Positions 1 to 7,171 of a stretch of DNA of 25,310 nt are shown in pieces. Location: the IMG/VR virus record IMGVR_UViG_3300000970_000007, positions 1 through 25,310 of that record, one strand, 5' to 3'. The notes under the pieces are model-generated. The model had not been told where the DNA came from. It ran no database searches and worked only from the letters and a program-made list of their open reading frames with translations. The position numbers and the translations under genes are program-made. The stretch is from a virus. How positions within the stretch are numbered: position 1 is the first letter of the stretch; every line of letters starts with the position of its first letter.

Positions 1-49
1 ATTCCCACTACTAGCGTTTTTAGAGTTATCCCCACTACTAGCGTTTTTA
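1..49. repeat. 27-bp coding tandem repeat (9-aa unit NASSGDNSK)
   Basis: CCCACTACTAGCGTTTTTA at 4-22 and 31-49; truncated by the window edge. Confidence 0.85.
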
Positions 50-822
50 AGAAGCCTTTGTATACCTATGTCTAAAAGAGCCATGTCTATTTTTATAAAG
101 CCTTTTTCATCTAACATATCTAACTTATTCAGTAAAGATAAATCAAAAAATAAATTATTGTCTTTAGTTATTAATTCAGAAGATATTGGTAAATAACCTT
201 TATATTGTAGTTTTAAAGTATTTTCACTTAACTCTTCCTTAAATTCTTTAATGTTAAAATAACCTAAATTTTTCATTTCGTTATCTGAAACATTCATCCC
301 TAAATACTCTAGAAATTCTACAACATACTTTATATATTTAGGACTAATACTACCATTACCTTTTCCCTTTATCTGTTGATTTTTTTCAATTGTGCAATGA
401 GGTTTGTTTTTAGAATCTCTTAAAGAATATATTTCTTTATCGTTGTAGTTACCTCCTCCTACACAATGATTCATCAGTTTCCCCTCTCTCTTAAAAGAGT
501 TAGAAGAAATTAACTTAACCCACCTAAATCCATTGTCTTGCTCTAAAACAACTTCAGTATCTCCTTCAACTTCTTCGTCTACTTTAACTTTACTAAGTTT
601 TATTAACCATTTTTTAGAACCTCCCAATGCTTGTTTATAAGAAACTCTTTGTAACTTCTTTGGAGCAGAATCAGAAGTTAAGAAATCCAAAATATGCTCT
701 ATATCATTCTGATTTTCTGTGTTTTTAGAAAGATAATTAGTTAGATTCTTATCAATCCATTCTGTAACTTGTTCAACGTTATTGCATTGAAAGTTGTTTA
801 TGTAATCTATATACTTTTTCAT
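1..822 (-). CDS. PcfJ-like domain protein with C-terminal NASSG repeats (runs off left edge)
   Basis: Not in ORF track. Hand translation from ATG at 822 (MKKYIDYINNF...) is open to position 1. Contains REGKLMNHCVG...IYSLRD...PHCTIE...QIKGKGN, the PcfJ-like motif set, and ends KNASSGDNSKNASSGN. Confidence 0.75.
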   Translation of the reverse strand, partial: MKKYIDYINNFQCNNVEQVTEWIDKNLTNYLSKNTENQNDIEHILDFLTSDSAPKKLQRVSYKQALGGSKKWLIKLSKVKVDEEVEGDTEVVLEQDNGFRWVKLISSNSFKREGKLMNHCVGGGNYNDKEIYSLRDSKNKPHCTIEKNQQIKGKGNGSISPKYIKYVVEFLEYLGMNVSDNEMKNLGYFNIKEFKEELSENTLKLQYKGYLPISSELITKDNNLFFDLSLLNKLDMLDEKGFIKIDMALLDIGIQRLLKNASSGDNSKNASSGN

Positions 823-832
823 AATTTTTATA

Positions 833-1081
833 TTATATCATTTCTTGTGAAACTCTTTCTTTAACTTTTGATAATAGGAACTCTTCCCAATCACAGTAAT
901 CTTCATCTAAAGAATCTAAATAACTTTCCCACTCACTAATTGAAGAGTGTTCTTCTTCAAATTCAATAGCAAAGTCTTTAATCCATTCATGGGTATCCAT
1001 TACTCCTAAATGTAGTTTATATCTAATATCTTCAAAACAATTATAAGATATTACTGATGCTGTAAATATTTCTGTTTTCAT
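833..1081 (-). CDS. small acidic hypothetical protein
   Basis: 82-aa ORF, co-oriented and tightly packed with neighbours; D/E-rich C-terminal half. Confidence 0.75.
   Translation of the reverse strand: MKTEIFTASVISYNCFEDIRYKLHLGVMDTHEWIKDFAIEFEEEHSSISEWESYLDSLDEDYCDWEEFLLSKVKERVSQEMI
965..1034. repeat. 70-bp dispersed duplication, copy 1 (copy 2 at 3339-3408)
   Basis: AATAGCAAAG...TAATATCTTCA; 4 mismatches between the copies. Confidence 0.9.
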
Positions 1082-1092
1082 ACTATTTTATT

Positions 1093-1317
1093 TTAAAAAG
1101 GTAATTTACTTCTAGGTATTTTTTCTAATTCTTTATTTAGTTTAGATTTAACTATAAATTCTTTTGAAATCCAAAAACCAATAGACCCTCCGTTCAGACT
1201 TGACTTTAACTGTCTATTTGTTTTACAATTAAATACTTTTTTACACTTTGTCACTTTGTAATTAGGAAACCTTTTAAATTGCCAAATCAAAGTGTAAGTT
1301 ATTGATATTGTGTCCAT
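1093..1317 (-). CDS. small basic hypothetical protein (possibly NUMOD4/HNH N-terminal-like)
   Basis: 74-aa ORF; the FPNYKVTK...VFN..T.RQLK pattern loosely resembles the region preceding phage HNH domains. Confidence 0.7.
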   Translation of the reverse strand: MDTISITYTLIWQFKRFPNYKVTKCKKVFNCKTNRQLKSSLNGGSIGFWISKEFIVKSKLNKELEKIPRSKLPF

Positions 1318-1320
1318 TGT
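1272..1320. repeat. 49-bp exact dispersed duplication, copy 1 (copy 2 at 7856-7904)
   Basis: TTTTAAATTGCCAAATCAAAGTGTAAGTTATTGATATTGTGTCCATTGT is identical at both places. Confidence 0.95.
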
Positions 1321-1472
1321 GTTTCTTTTCTATGCTCTATTTTTTGATGTTTACTACCAAATCCGTAGTACCATTTTTCTATATAAGAGTTCTTTATCCG
1401 TTTGGTAACTTTTACAATTTCATTACCAAACCTATATTCCGTATCTATTTTAACTTTTTTTACTGTTAGCAT
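1299..1472 (-). CDS. small hypothetical protein (57 aa)
   Basis: Hand translation MLTVKKVKIDTEYRFGNEIV...KETQWTQYQ*; fills the gap left of attC-like site A. Confidence 0.55.
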   Translation of the reverse strand: MLTVKKVKIDTEYRFGNEIVKVTKRIKNSYIEKWYYGFGSKHQKIEHRKETQWTQYQ

Positions 1473-1498
1473 TTTTATAATTTTTAGTGCTTAAAAAC

Positions 1499-1633
1499 GG
1501 CATATAACAACGTGTATAGCCTATTGCTACTTACTGCTATTTCAAAGGTTTGTTATTATTAATTTATTTTGTTTTTAATTCGATACTTTTTGTCTGTTTA
1601 CACGCAACATACCATACACAAAACGTTATGCAC
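1499..1633 (+). repeat. attC-like site A
   Basis: GGCATATAAC-AAC-GTGTATAG..TTGC ... GCAA..CCATACAC-AAAAC-GTTATGCAC: imperfect palindrome with AAC and GTT cores. Confidence 0.8.
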
Positions 1634-2219
1634 AACCTATCGACAACCACGTTTTACTGCAATATTTAATTTGATGATAACAGTCGGCTAATGCATTATG
1701 AGCTGTTCCGTTAAATTCTAGTTGTTTTTTGATTTCAGGTTTAAAACTTACTAAGGTTCTAACACACCTCTCTTTTCTAAAATCCCACGGTATATTAAAA
1801 TGAGTTTGAGCGTATGCATCTGCCATTATACCTAAATCAAAACTAGCTGAATTACCCCATATTTGATATTCTTTAGAGCAGAACTTACCGAAATCTAATA
1901 AAGCTTGTTTTATTGAAACAGGTTCTTCTTTGGTAAGGCTTTTACGAGCTTCATCGCTTTGTGACATCCACCACATAACAGTACTAGCATCTATATTTAA
2001 ACCTAAATCAACAGAAGACTTTAAAGATATGTTTCGATAGAACTCTCGACCTGTGTTTCCTGTATTAATATCGAACTCAACAGCACCAATACTTATTATA
2101 GCTGAATTAGACTTAGTTCCCATTGTTTCAATATCTACCATTAAGTGAGAAAATGGTGTGTGCATAACACGTTGTATAGCGCATTGCTTAGTTTCTGTAT
2201 TTTTATTTTCTGTATTCAT
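1626..2219 (-). CDS. 3'-5' exo(ribo)nuclease, DEDDh / Rv2179c-like
   Basis: Motifs HLMVDIETMG, WGNSASFD and HNALADCYHQ. Confidence 0.85.
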   Translation of the reverse strand: MNTENKNTETKQCAIQRVMHTPFSHLMVDIETMGTKSNSAIISIGAVEFDINTGNTGREFYRNISLKSSVDLGLNIDASTVMWWMSQSDEARKSLTKEEPVSIKQALLDFGKFCSKEYQIWGNSASFDLGIMADAYAQTHFNIPWDFRKERCVRTLVSFKPEIKKQLEFNGTAHNALADCYHQIKYCSKTWLSIGCA

Positions 2220-2297
2220 AATTTGAAAGTTGTTTAATATTTATTAAGTTCGTGCTGTAAGGTCGCAACGTCACCATACAAGTAGCCGTTATATGCC
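2159..2297 (+). repeat. attC-like site B
   Basis: TGTGCATAAC-ACG-TTGTATAG..TTGC ... GCAA..CCATACAA-GTAGCC-GTTATATGCC. Confidence 0.8.
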
Positions 2298-2528
2298 ATA
2301 ATCCTCAATTCCGAAGGTTATTCGCTGTTCAAAATCTTCTTGCACTATGCTTTCTATATTCTCAATCTTTTCCTCGTGAGTAAGTTCATTCCATTCTTCC
2401 TCGCCCATTAAATCGTTTTCAACGTCAATCACTGTTCGTTGTGGTCTGCTTTTACCCGCATAACCATCTTCTACCTCCCATACTACTGTTATTTTTTCCA
2501 TCTTATTAAAATTTACGGCATATAACAC
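2289..2528 (-). CDS. small acidic hypothetical protein (cassette cargo)
   Basis: 79-aa ORF bounded by sites B and C. The real start may be the internal MEKITV; motif WEVEDGYAGKSRPQ. Confidence 0.75.
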   Translation of the reverse strand: MLYAVNFNKMEKITVVWEVEDGYAGKSRPQRTVIDVENDLMGEEEWNELTHEEKIENIESIVQEDFEQRITFGIEDYGI

Positions 2529-2617
2529 AGTATATAGTGTATATCCTTGTTAAACATTTGGTCTTTAGCCGAAAGTTAGTGGTGTCGGCTACACACCATA
2601 CACAAACCGTTATCTAC
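2517..2617 (+). repeat. attC-like site C
   Basis: GGCATATAAC-ACA-GTATATAGTGTA ... TACACACCATACAC-AAACC-GTTATCTAC. Confidence 0.8.
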
Positions 2618-2907
2618 AATTCAGAAGCACCTACCTTTTCCATTAAGGTTAGTAGTTCTTCTTTGTAGTGTTGCTCATTCTCATAAATTTCTTCGTGAGT
2701 TATTTTACCTTGTGCGAACATTTCTTTGCACATTTTAAACCCGAGTAAAACACCTTCTATTCTTGATATTTCAATTATTTCTTCAACTGATTTTGGGTAA
2801 ATAACATCTACTCCCCAAGTGTCTTGGTGCTTTACTCTTTCGTAATATTCGTTTGCTTTTGACATAATAAATTTATTTAGTGAAGTGGAATGAACAGTAG
2901 ATAACAC
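2614..2907 (-). CDS. hypothetical protein (cassette cargo)
   Basis: 97-aa ORF bounded by sites C and D; the real start is probably the internal MSKANE. Confidence 0.75.
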   Translation of the reverse strand: MLSTVHSTSLNKFIMSKANEYYERVKHQDTWGVDVIYPKSVEEIIEISRIEGVLLGFKMCKEMFAQGKITHEEIYENEQHYKEELLTLMEKVGASEL

Positions 2908-2962
2908 GGTATATGACGTAACTCCACTTCGTTACGCTACGCATATACAAAACGTTGTGCTT
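2897..2962 (+). repeat. attC-like site D (short, 66 bp)
   Basis: GTAGATAAC-ACG-GTATATG-A-CGTAAC-TCCACTTC-GTTACG-CTACG-CATATAC-AAAAC-GTTGTGCTT: a clean hairpin of classical 59-base-element size. Confidence 0.85.
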
Positions 2963-2973
2963 CATTAAAACGA

Positions 2974-3237
2974 AAGCACTACATGGTATATAAAACATAC
3001 ACTCACTAAAAAGGTAGGTACTGAATATAGTACCTCAATCTTTGCCTAAATCCCCAAGTAATTTTGTGGGTTATCGTGTAAATTCCAAGCCATCCATGCT
3101 CTATACTAATCCACTTTTGTTCTTTATTAAATCTAATTTTCATAATTTAAATTTTATTAGTTTAAGTACTAAGCCTATTAACACCTCTACGTCAGCTTTT
3201 AATCGTTAGCCGAACGCATATATTAACCGTTAGCTAC
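2974..3237 (+). repeat. attC-like site E (long, left core mutated)
   Basis: Left arm AAGCACTAC-ATG-GTATATAAAAC and right arm GCATATAT-TAACC-GTTAGCTAC. Confidence 0.6.
3006..3143 (-). CDS. small hypothetical protein inside site E (45 aa)
   Basis: Hand translation MKIRFNKEQKWISIEHGWLG...YIQYLPF*, preceded by AAATTATG like other genes in the window. Confidence 0.45.
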   Translation of the reverse strand: MKIRFNKEQKWISIEHGWLGIYTITHKITWGFRQRLRYYIQYLPF

Positions 3238-3469
3238 AATAAGCTAAACTGCCGTTTCACCTCTTTCCAATACTTATGATTCAGCCTATCGCTATCATAG
3301 ATATTAGGCTTGTCATTTAGTATTTCATCTACGCAAATAATAGCAAAGGCTTTAATCCATTAATGAGCATCCATTACTCCTAAATGTAGTTTATATCTAA
3401 TATCTTCACTAGCTTCAATTCTTTGAATTAATCCTCCTTTAATTTCTATTCTTACTGTTTCCGTAACAT
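3234..3469 (-). pseudogene. chimeric pseudogene
   Basis: Frame reads ETVRIEIKGGLIQRIEAS-EDIRYKLHLGVMDAH*WIKAFA-IICVDEIL...YWKEVKRQFSLL*. Internal TAA at 3360-3362; the ATG at 3469 is out of frame. Confidence 0.7.
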
Positions 3470-3666
3470 TATTTTTCTATTAGATGTAAAACTTTTTCTA
3501 ACCAAACATCTCTATTCATATCTATTTTTAATTCTACATAAACATTTAGTTCCACAATTCTAAGTATTTGTTCAGAATTATAATTTCTTTCTTTCAAGTA
3601 TTTTATTGTATTGTCAAACTTAATACTATTCTCTTTAAAATACTCTTCTACTGAATTATTCTTCAT
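3469..3666 (-). CDS. hypothetical protein
   Basis: 65-aa ORF in a packed co-oriented run. Confidence 0.7.
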   Translation of the reverse strand: MKNNSVEEYFKENSIKFDNTIKYLKERNYNSEQILRIVELNVYVELKIDMNRDVWLEKVLHLIEK

Positions 3667-3668
3667 AA

Positions 3669-3890
3669 TTACTTTTCTTTAAAACCTGCTTGTTCTACAA
3701 ATTCATTTATTGAGAACTGTATTTGATCCATAGTAGCTTCATTATTTAATGATAAAGACAATATTGCTTGGGCTTGTTCTTCTGTACATTCACATCTATC
3801 AGTAACATCTTGAGTACACCATAAAGTTTCAGTATAATAACCTTTACTTTCTAAAAACTCTTTTGCTTGTTCTATTGTTAAATCTTTCAT
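3669..3890 (-). CDS. hypothetical protein
   Basis: 73-aa ORF; ATGA overlap with the upstream gene. Confidence 0.75.
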   Translation of the reverse strand: MKDLTIEQAKEFLESKGYYTETLWCTQDVTDRCECTEEQAQAILSLSLNNEATMDQIQFSINEFVEQAGFKEK

Positions 3891-4123
3891 ACTATTTCTA
3901 TTTTAGTGTTATTCTCTATTTCTAATAAATCTTCTTTAGTTAATTCAATAAATGTATCCCAACCTTCTAACATTTCTAATAACTCTCCTATACTGTCTTC
4001 TTCTTTGTTCCAAGCTATAATGTCACCATTGAAAGCATCTAGTATTATTTCATTTAAATCTTCCCACTCTCTATTATGGAAATTATTTACTGCTTGTTCT
4101 CCTACTAAAATATATGTTAACAT
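3887..4123 (-). CDS. small acidic hypothetical protein
   Basis: 78-aa D/E-rich ORF in the packed run. Confidence 0.75.
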   Translation of the reverse strand: MLTYILVGEQAVNNFHNREWEDLNEIILDAFNGDIIAWNKEEDSIGELLEMLEGWDTFIELTKEDLLEIENNTKIEIV

Positions 4124-4129
4124 AATATC

Positions 4130-4393
4130 TTATTTTTCTAATTTAATTAATAGTTCTTCATTCTCTGTTAATTCTCTAATAAGGTTTATATACATATCAG
4201 AATCTTTAGTTTCCTCTGGAAAACACTCTAACAAATTATCAGATGTTTCATCTATAACTGTATGACAAGAATTTAATCTATTATATAATTTACTTTGCAT
4301 TATTTCTAACTCTGAAATATACCTTAAAACACTTATAGGAGTTTTGTTATAGTCTTCTTCTGCATTTTCTTGCCAGTAGTTTAAATTTTTCAT
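4130..4393 (-). CDS. hypothetical protein
   Basis: 87-aa ORF with motif NAEEDYNKTPISVLRYISELE. Confidence 0.75.
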   Translation of the reverse strand: MKNLNYWQENAEEDYNKTPISVLRYISELEIMQSKLYNRLNSCHTVIDETSDNLLECFPEETKDSDMYINLIRELTENEELLIKLEK

Positions 4394-4404
4394 ATCAGTA
4401 AATT

Positions 4405-4650
4405 TTATAACTCTTCAAATATTATACTTTCATCATTATCTCCCCACATAACTTGTAAAACTTCATCCCAAGTATCTGTGTAATTAATAACTACTATATC
4501 ATCTTCTGTATAACGATATAGTGTAAAGTATTCATTTAGTTCTATTTCTTCTCCGTATTCTAAGTTGTTTAATACTTCAACTTTTACTTTATCCTGAGCA
4601 TCTTGTATAGATTCTTTCTTATCTTCTGTTAATTTTTCAAATACTGTCAT
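4405..4650 (-). CDS. small acidic hypothetical protein
   Basis: 81-aa strongly D/E-rich ORF. Confidence 0.75.
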   Translation of the reverse strand: MTVFEKLTEDKKESIQDAQDKVKVEVLNNLEYGEEIELNEYFTLYRYTEDDIVVINYTDTWDEVLQVMWGDNDESIIFEEL

Positions 4651-4661
4651 AGTTTTAGGAT

Positions 4662-4886
4662 TTAAAGGTTAAAGATTTTCTTATTTCCACTTGGTTGTGT
4701 ACTAATTTCAATATATTTTGCTCCATCTTTTTTACAAGGCTTATACTTGTTTAGTAATTCCTTTACAGTTGGTTTAATATCAAAAGTAGTACTATTTTGT
4801 AATAACCATTTTCTATTTTTATCAAATAGAACTACTGTTACGTCACACTTACCACTCTTTGTTGTTTTAATTCTGAATCTTGTCAT
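4662..4886 (-). CDS. small basic hypothetical protein
   Basis: 74-aa K-rich ORF in the packed run. Confidence 0.7.
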   Translation of the reverse strand: MTRFRIKTTKSGKCDVTVVLFDKNRKWLLQNSTTFDIKPTVKELLNKYKPCKKDGAKYIEISTQPSGNKKIFNL

Positions 4887-4889
4887 AGT

Positions 4890-5108
4890 CTAAATATTAA
4901 TTTCGTGGTCAATATAAACTCTTTCTATTCCCCACCTAAACAAATTCAAGTCAGCATTATTTGCATCTTCTTCAATCTCTTCAAAATATTCTTTTAATAC
5001 AATTTGTAGGTGGTCTAAAGGGCAATTATTACCTGTAATTCTAAATAAACCTATTTGTTCTCCTTGACTATCATAAGCTTGTATCAATTGGTTTGTTCTA
5101 TCATTCAT
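4890..5108 (-). CDS. hypothetical protein
   Basis: 72-aa ORF in the packed run. Confidence 0.75.
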   Translation of the reverse strand: MNDRTNQLIQAYDSQGEQIGLFRITGNNCPLDHLQIVLKEYFEEIEEDANNADLNLFRWGIERVYIDHEINI

Positions 5109-5114
5109 AATATT

Positions 5115-5486
5115 TTATTTAATAGACTTTATGTGTTTAATAAATTTAAGTACTGCATCATATACACTTAGTAGTTTAGTTTCTTTTTGCCCTATAATCT
5201 CTAATTCCTCTCCAAAAGAATCATATATTGTACAATATAATGTAGCTCCTATTGTTATATTTACAGCGTTTTCAGAGTCTAGGTAAAAGTCTGCATTTTC
5301 AATTTCTTCTACAACTTCCATTAACCAATTCCAATCACAATGGAATAATAAAGGTTCTTTTAAACTTCCACCTTTTCTTTCTCCATGAGAATTAAAGAAC
5401 TGTCCAAACCATCTTTCATTAGGGTCAGTCTGTTCTTTCCAACCTAAGAATAAAGCTATTTCTCTGTTATTTTCTTTATAGTTCAT
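5115..5486 (-). CDS. hypothetical phage protein
   Basis: 123-aa ORF with NREIALFLGW and FHCDWNWLMEVVEEIE motifs. Confidence 0.8.
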   Translation of the reverse strand: MNYKENNREIALFLGWKEQTDPNERWFGQFFNSHGERKGGSLKEPLLFHCDWNWLMEVVEEIENADFYLDSENAVNITIGATLYCTIYDSFGEELEIIGQKETKLLSVYDAVLKFIKHIKSIK

Positions 5487-5492
5487 AATATC

Positions 5493-5777
5493 TTATTTAA
5501 ACCTATTAATAAATTCTACCCACTCCATTGGATTAACCAATACTTCATTCATCTTTTTATTATCTTCAAATAATTCAAGTTGTCCGTAGTGAAGAGGAAC
5601 ACCATAATGCTCTTTAATTGCTCCAAAACTTGTTATATAAATTGTGTCTATTGTTTTGTATAAATGATTATAATGTAAAACAAGTTCATATACACCGCCA
5701 GTATTGTTTATAAATACACCAATGATAAAAGGTTTTAAATCGTTTAGGCTCTTTTGAGCTTTGTTTATGTTAATCAT
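5493..5777 (-). CDS. hypothetical protein
   Basis: 94-aa ORF in the packed run. Confidence 0.7.
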   Translation of the reverse strand: MININKAQKSLNDLKPFIIGVFINNTGGVYELVLHYNHLYKTIDTIYITSFGAIKEHYGVPLHYGQLELFEDNKKMNEVLVNPMEWVEFINRFK

Positions 5778-5779
5778 AT

Positions 5780-6094
5780 TTACAGTTTATTTTGTAAATA
5801 ATTCAATTTCCTAGAATATACATCTTCAAATCTTGAATCAAGTTCTCCTTTAGAAAATTCTATATAATGCCCTGTTTGTGTTAAATGGAAGCCATTGTCA
5901 TCTATCTCATAGAACGTATTCATACTATTTTCATCAAATATCCTAGATATTTCCATAGCACCTATTTTTAATTTAAGACTGTTTACTACTACAATATCTT
6001 TCTTTTTTAAATTGGTCTGCTCTAATTCTTTTGTAAAATAACTATCCAATTCTCCTAAAGTATGTTCTTCTGTATCTTCTATTAAATATTTCAT
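5780..6094 (-). CDS. hypothetical protein
   Basis: 104-aa ORF in the packed run. Confidence 0.75.
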   Translation of the reverse strand: MKYLIEDTEEHTLGELDSYFTKELEQTNLKKKDIVVVNSLKLKIGAMEISRIFDENSMNTFYEIDDNGFHLTQTGHYIEFSKGELDSRFEDVYSRKLNYLQNKL

Positions 6095-6125
6095 AATTCT
6101 ATTTTTTAAGTATTAAGGTTAGTAC

Positions 6126-6392
6126 TTACTTTGAAATTACTAACTCTGGTTCTTTCTCCATCTCTTTTTTAGTCAGCTTATTAAAACCATTTTGTAAAAG
6201 AAATTCGTTAATGTGCCTGCTAGTAGCAGAGCTATAATATCCGTTGACTTTCATTTTATTACCTTTTAGTTCAGCTACAACTGTCTCATAGCTTATTAAA
6301 CTAATTGTTTTAGGTTTTAATTCATCAGTCAATATTGCTTTGTTACCAAATGATTTTCTACTGTCGTATATTGTTGCTAAATATACTCTCAT
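6126..6392 (-). CDS. hypothetical phage protein
   Basis: Start moved to MRVYLAT (ATG at 6392) because 6397-6576 is a separate gene. Motifs SRKSFGNKA, LISYETVVA and GYYSSATSRHINEF. Confidence 0.8.
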   Translation of the reverse strand: MRVYLATIYDSRKSFGNKAILTDELKPKTISLISYETVVAELKGNKMKVNGYYSSATSRHINEFLLQNGFNKLTKKEMEKEPELVISK

Positions 6393-6396
6393 AATT

Positions 6397-6576
6397 TTAA
6401 ATATTACAAAAGAAGTCTTCTTTAACAAACTCATAACAAGCGTAATGTATTCTTACATCGTCATAAGTAAGTTTGTTTATAACTTCTTCGCTTTCTTCTC
6501 CTTCATCTCTTAATTGGTCTTTAAATCTTTCAGAAAGTTCTTCTAATTCATTTTCATTTAGTTCATCTACATTCAT
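6397..6576 (-). CDS. small acidic hypothetical protein (59 aa)
   Basis: Hand translation MNVDELNENELEELSERF...YEFVKEDFFCNI*; fills the gap exactly. Confidence 0.75.
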   Translation of the reverse strand: MNVDELNENELEELSERFKDQLRDEGEESEEVINKLTYDDVRIHYACYEFVKEDFFCNI

Positions 6577-6581
6577 ACTAT

Positions 6582-6845
6582 TTATTCTTTACCATTTTTA
6601 AATACTGTTTCTCCTAAATCATCTATAACTTCAATAGTAGACCGACCTCCGTTTTCTTCTAAAGTCATTAACTCATTACATTCAAACAATACATTACAAT
6701 CTATATTCCCATCTTCTTCCAATAAGTTGTAAACATCGTCAGCACTACTTATTTTATTACTTTTTAAGGCTTCTAATACTTTTTCTTCATTTTCTTTAGA
6801 AACAGTTACACGTTCCCAAGTTGTTATTTTAAAATCAAATTCCAT
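6582..6845 (-). CDS. small acidic hypothetical protein
   Basis: 87-aa ORF in the packed run. Confidence 0.75.
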   Translation of the reverse strand: MEFDFKITTWERVTVSKENEEKVLEALKSNKISSADDVYNLLEEDGNIDCNVLFECNELMTLEENGGRSTIEVIDDLGETVFKNGKE

Positions 6846-6863
6846 AGTTCAATATTTTAATTG

Positions 6864-7144
6864 TTAATATTCGTCACAATCACATTTTATAATTACTTCA
6901 TCATTGTCAGATAATGATACTATGAAACTGTTTACACTATCATATAGTTTTTCTTTTTCTGCTTCATCTCTTGGAATTTTTTTTGGTAAGTAATTAAGGC
7001 TTCTGTAATAGCATCTTCTGCCGTTTCTGCTTTCATAGCTAAATTATAACCCATTGTTTTGTCATATAACCAATAACCATCTGAACATTCAGATAATGTT
7101 AAACTATCTGTTATCTTTACATTTCTTATAGACTTACTTGCCAT
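6864..7144 (-). CDS. hypothetical phage protein, apparently frameshifted
   Basis: The track ORF stops at 6932. The -1 frame after the A8 run (6977-6984) continues IPRDEAEKEKLYDSVNSFIVSLS...DEY* to 6864. Confidence 0.6.
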
Positions 7145-7171
7145 TTCTTTAAGTATTTAATGTTATTATTT

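Noticed and set aside
1499-3237. Repeats read as a CRISPR array or simple terminators
   Set aside because: The units are not identical, intervals are gene-sized and irregular, no cas genes or U-tracts are present, and cross-site core complementarity fits cassettes better.
965-3408. 70-bp near-duplicate read as a DGR template/variable repeat pair
   Set aside because: The four mismatches are not all at adenines of one copy on either strand, and no reverse transcriptase is in the window.
3906-4265. 119-aa + strand ORF
   Set aside because: Antisense shadow of two well-packed minus-strand genes, with Ser-rich mirror composition.
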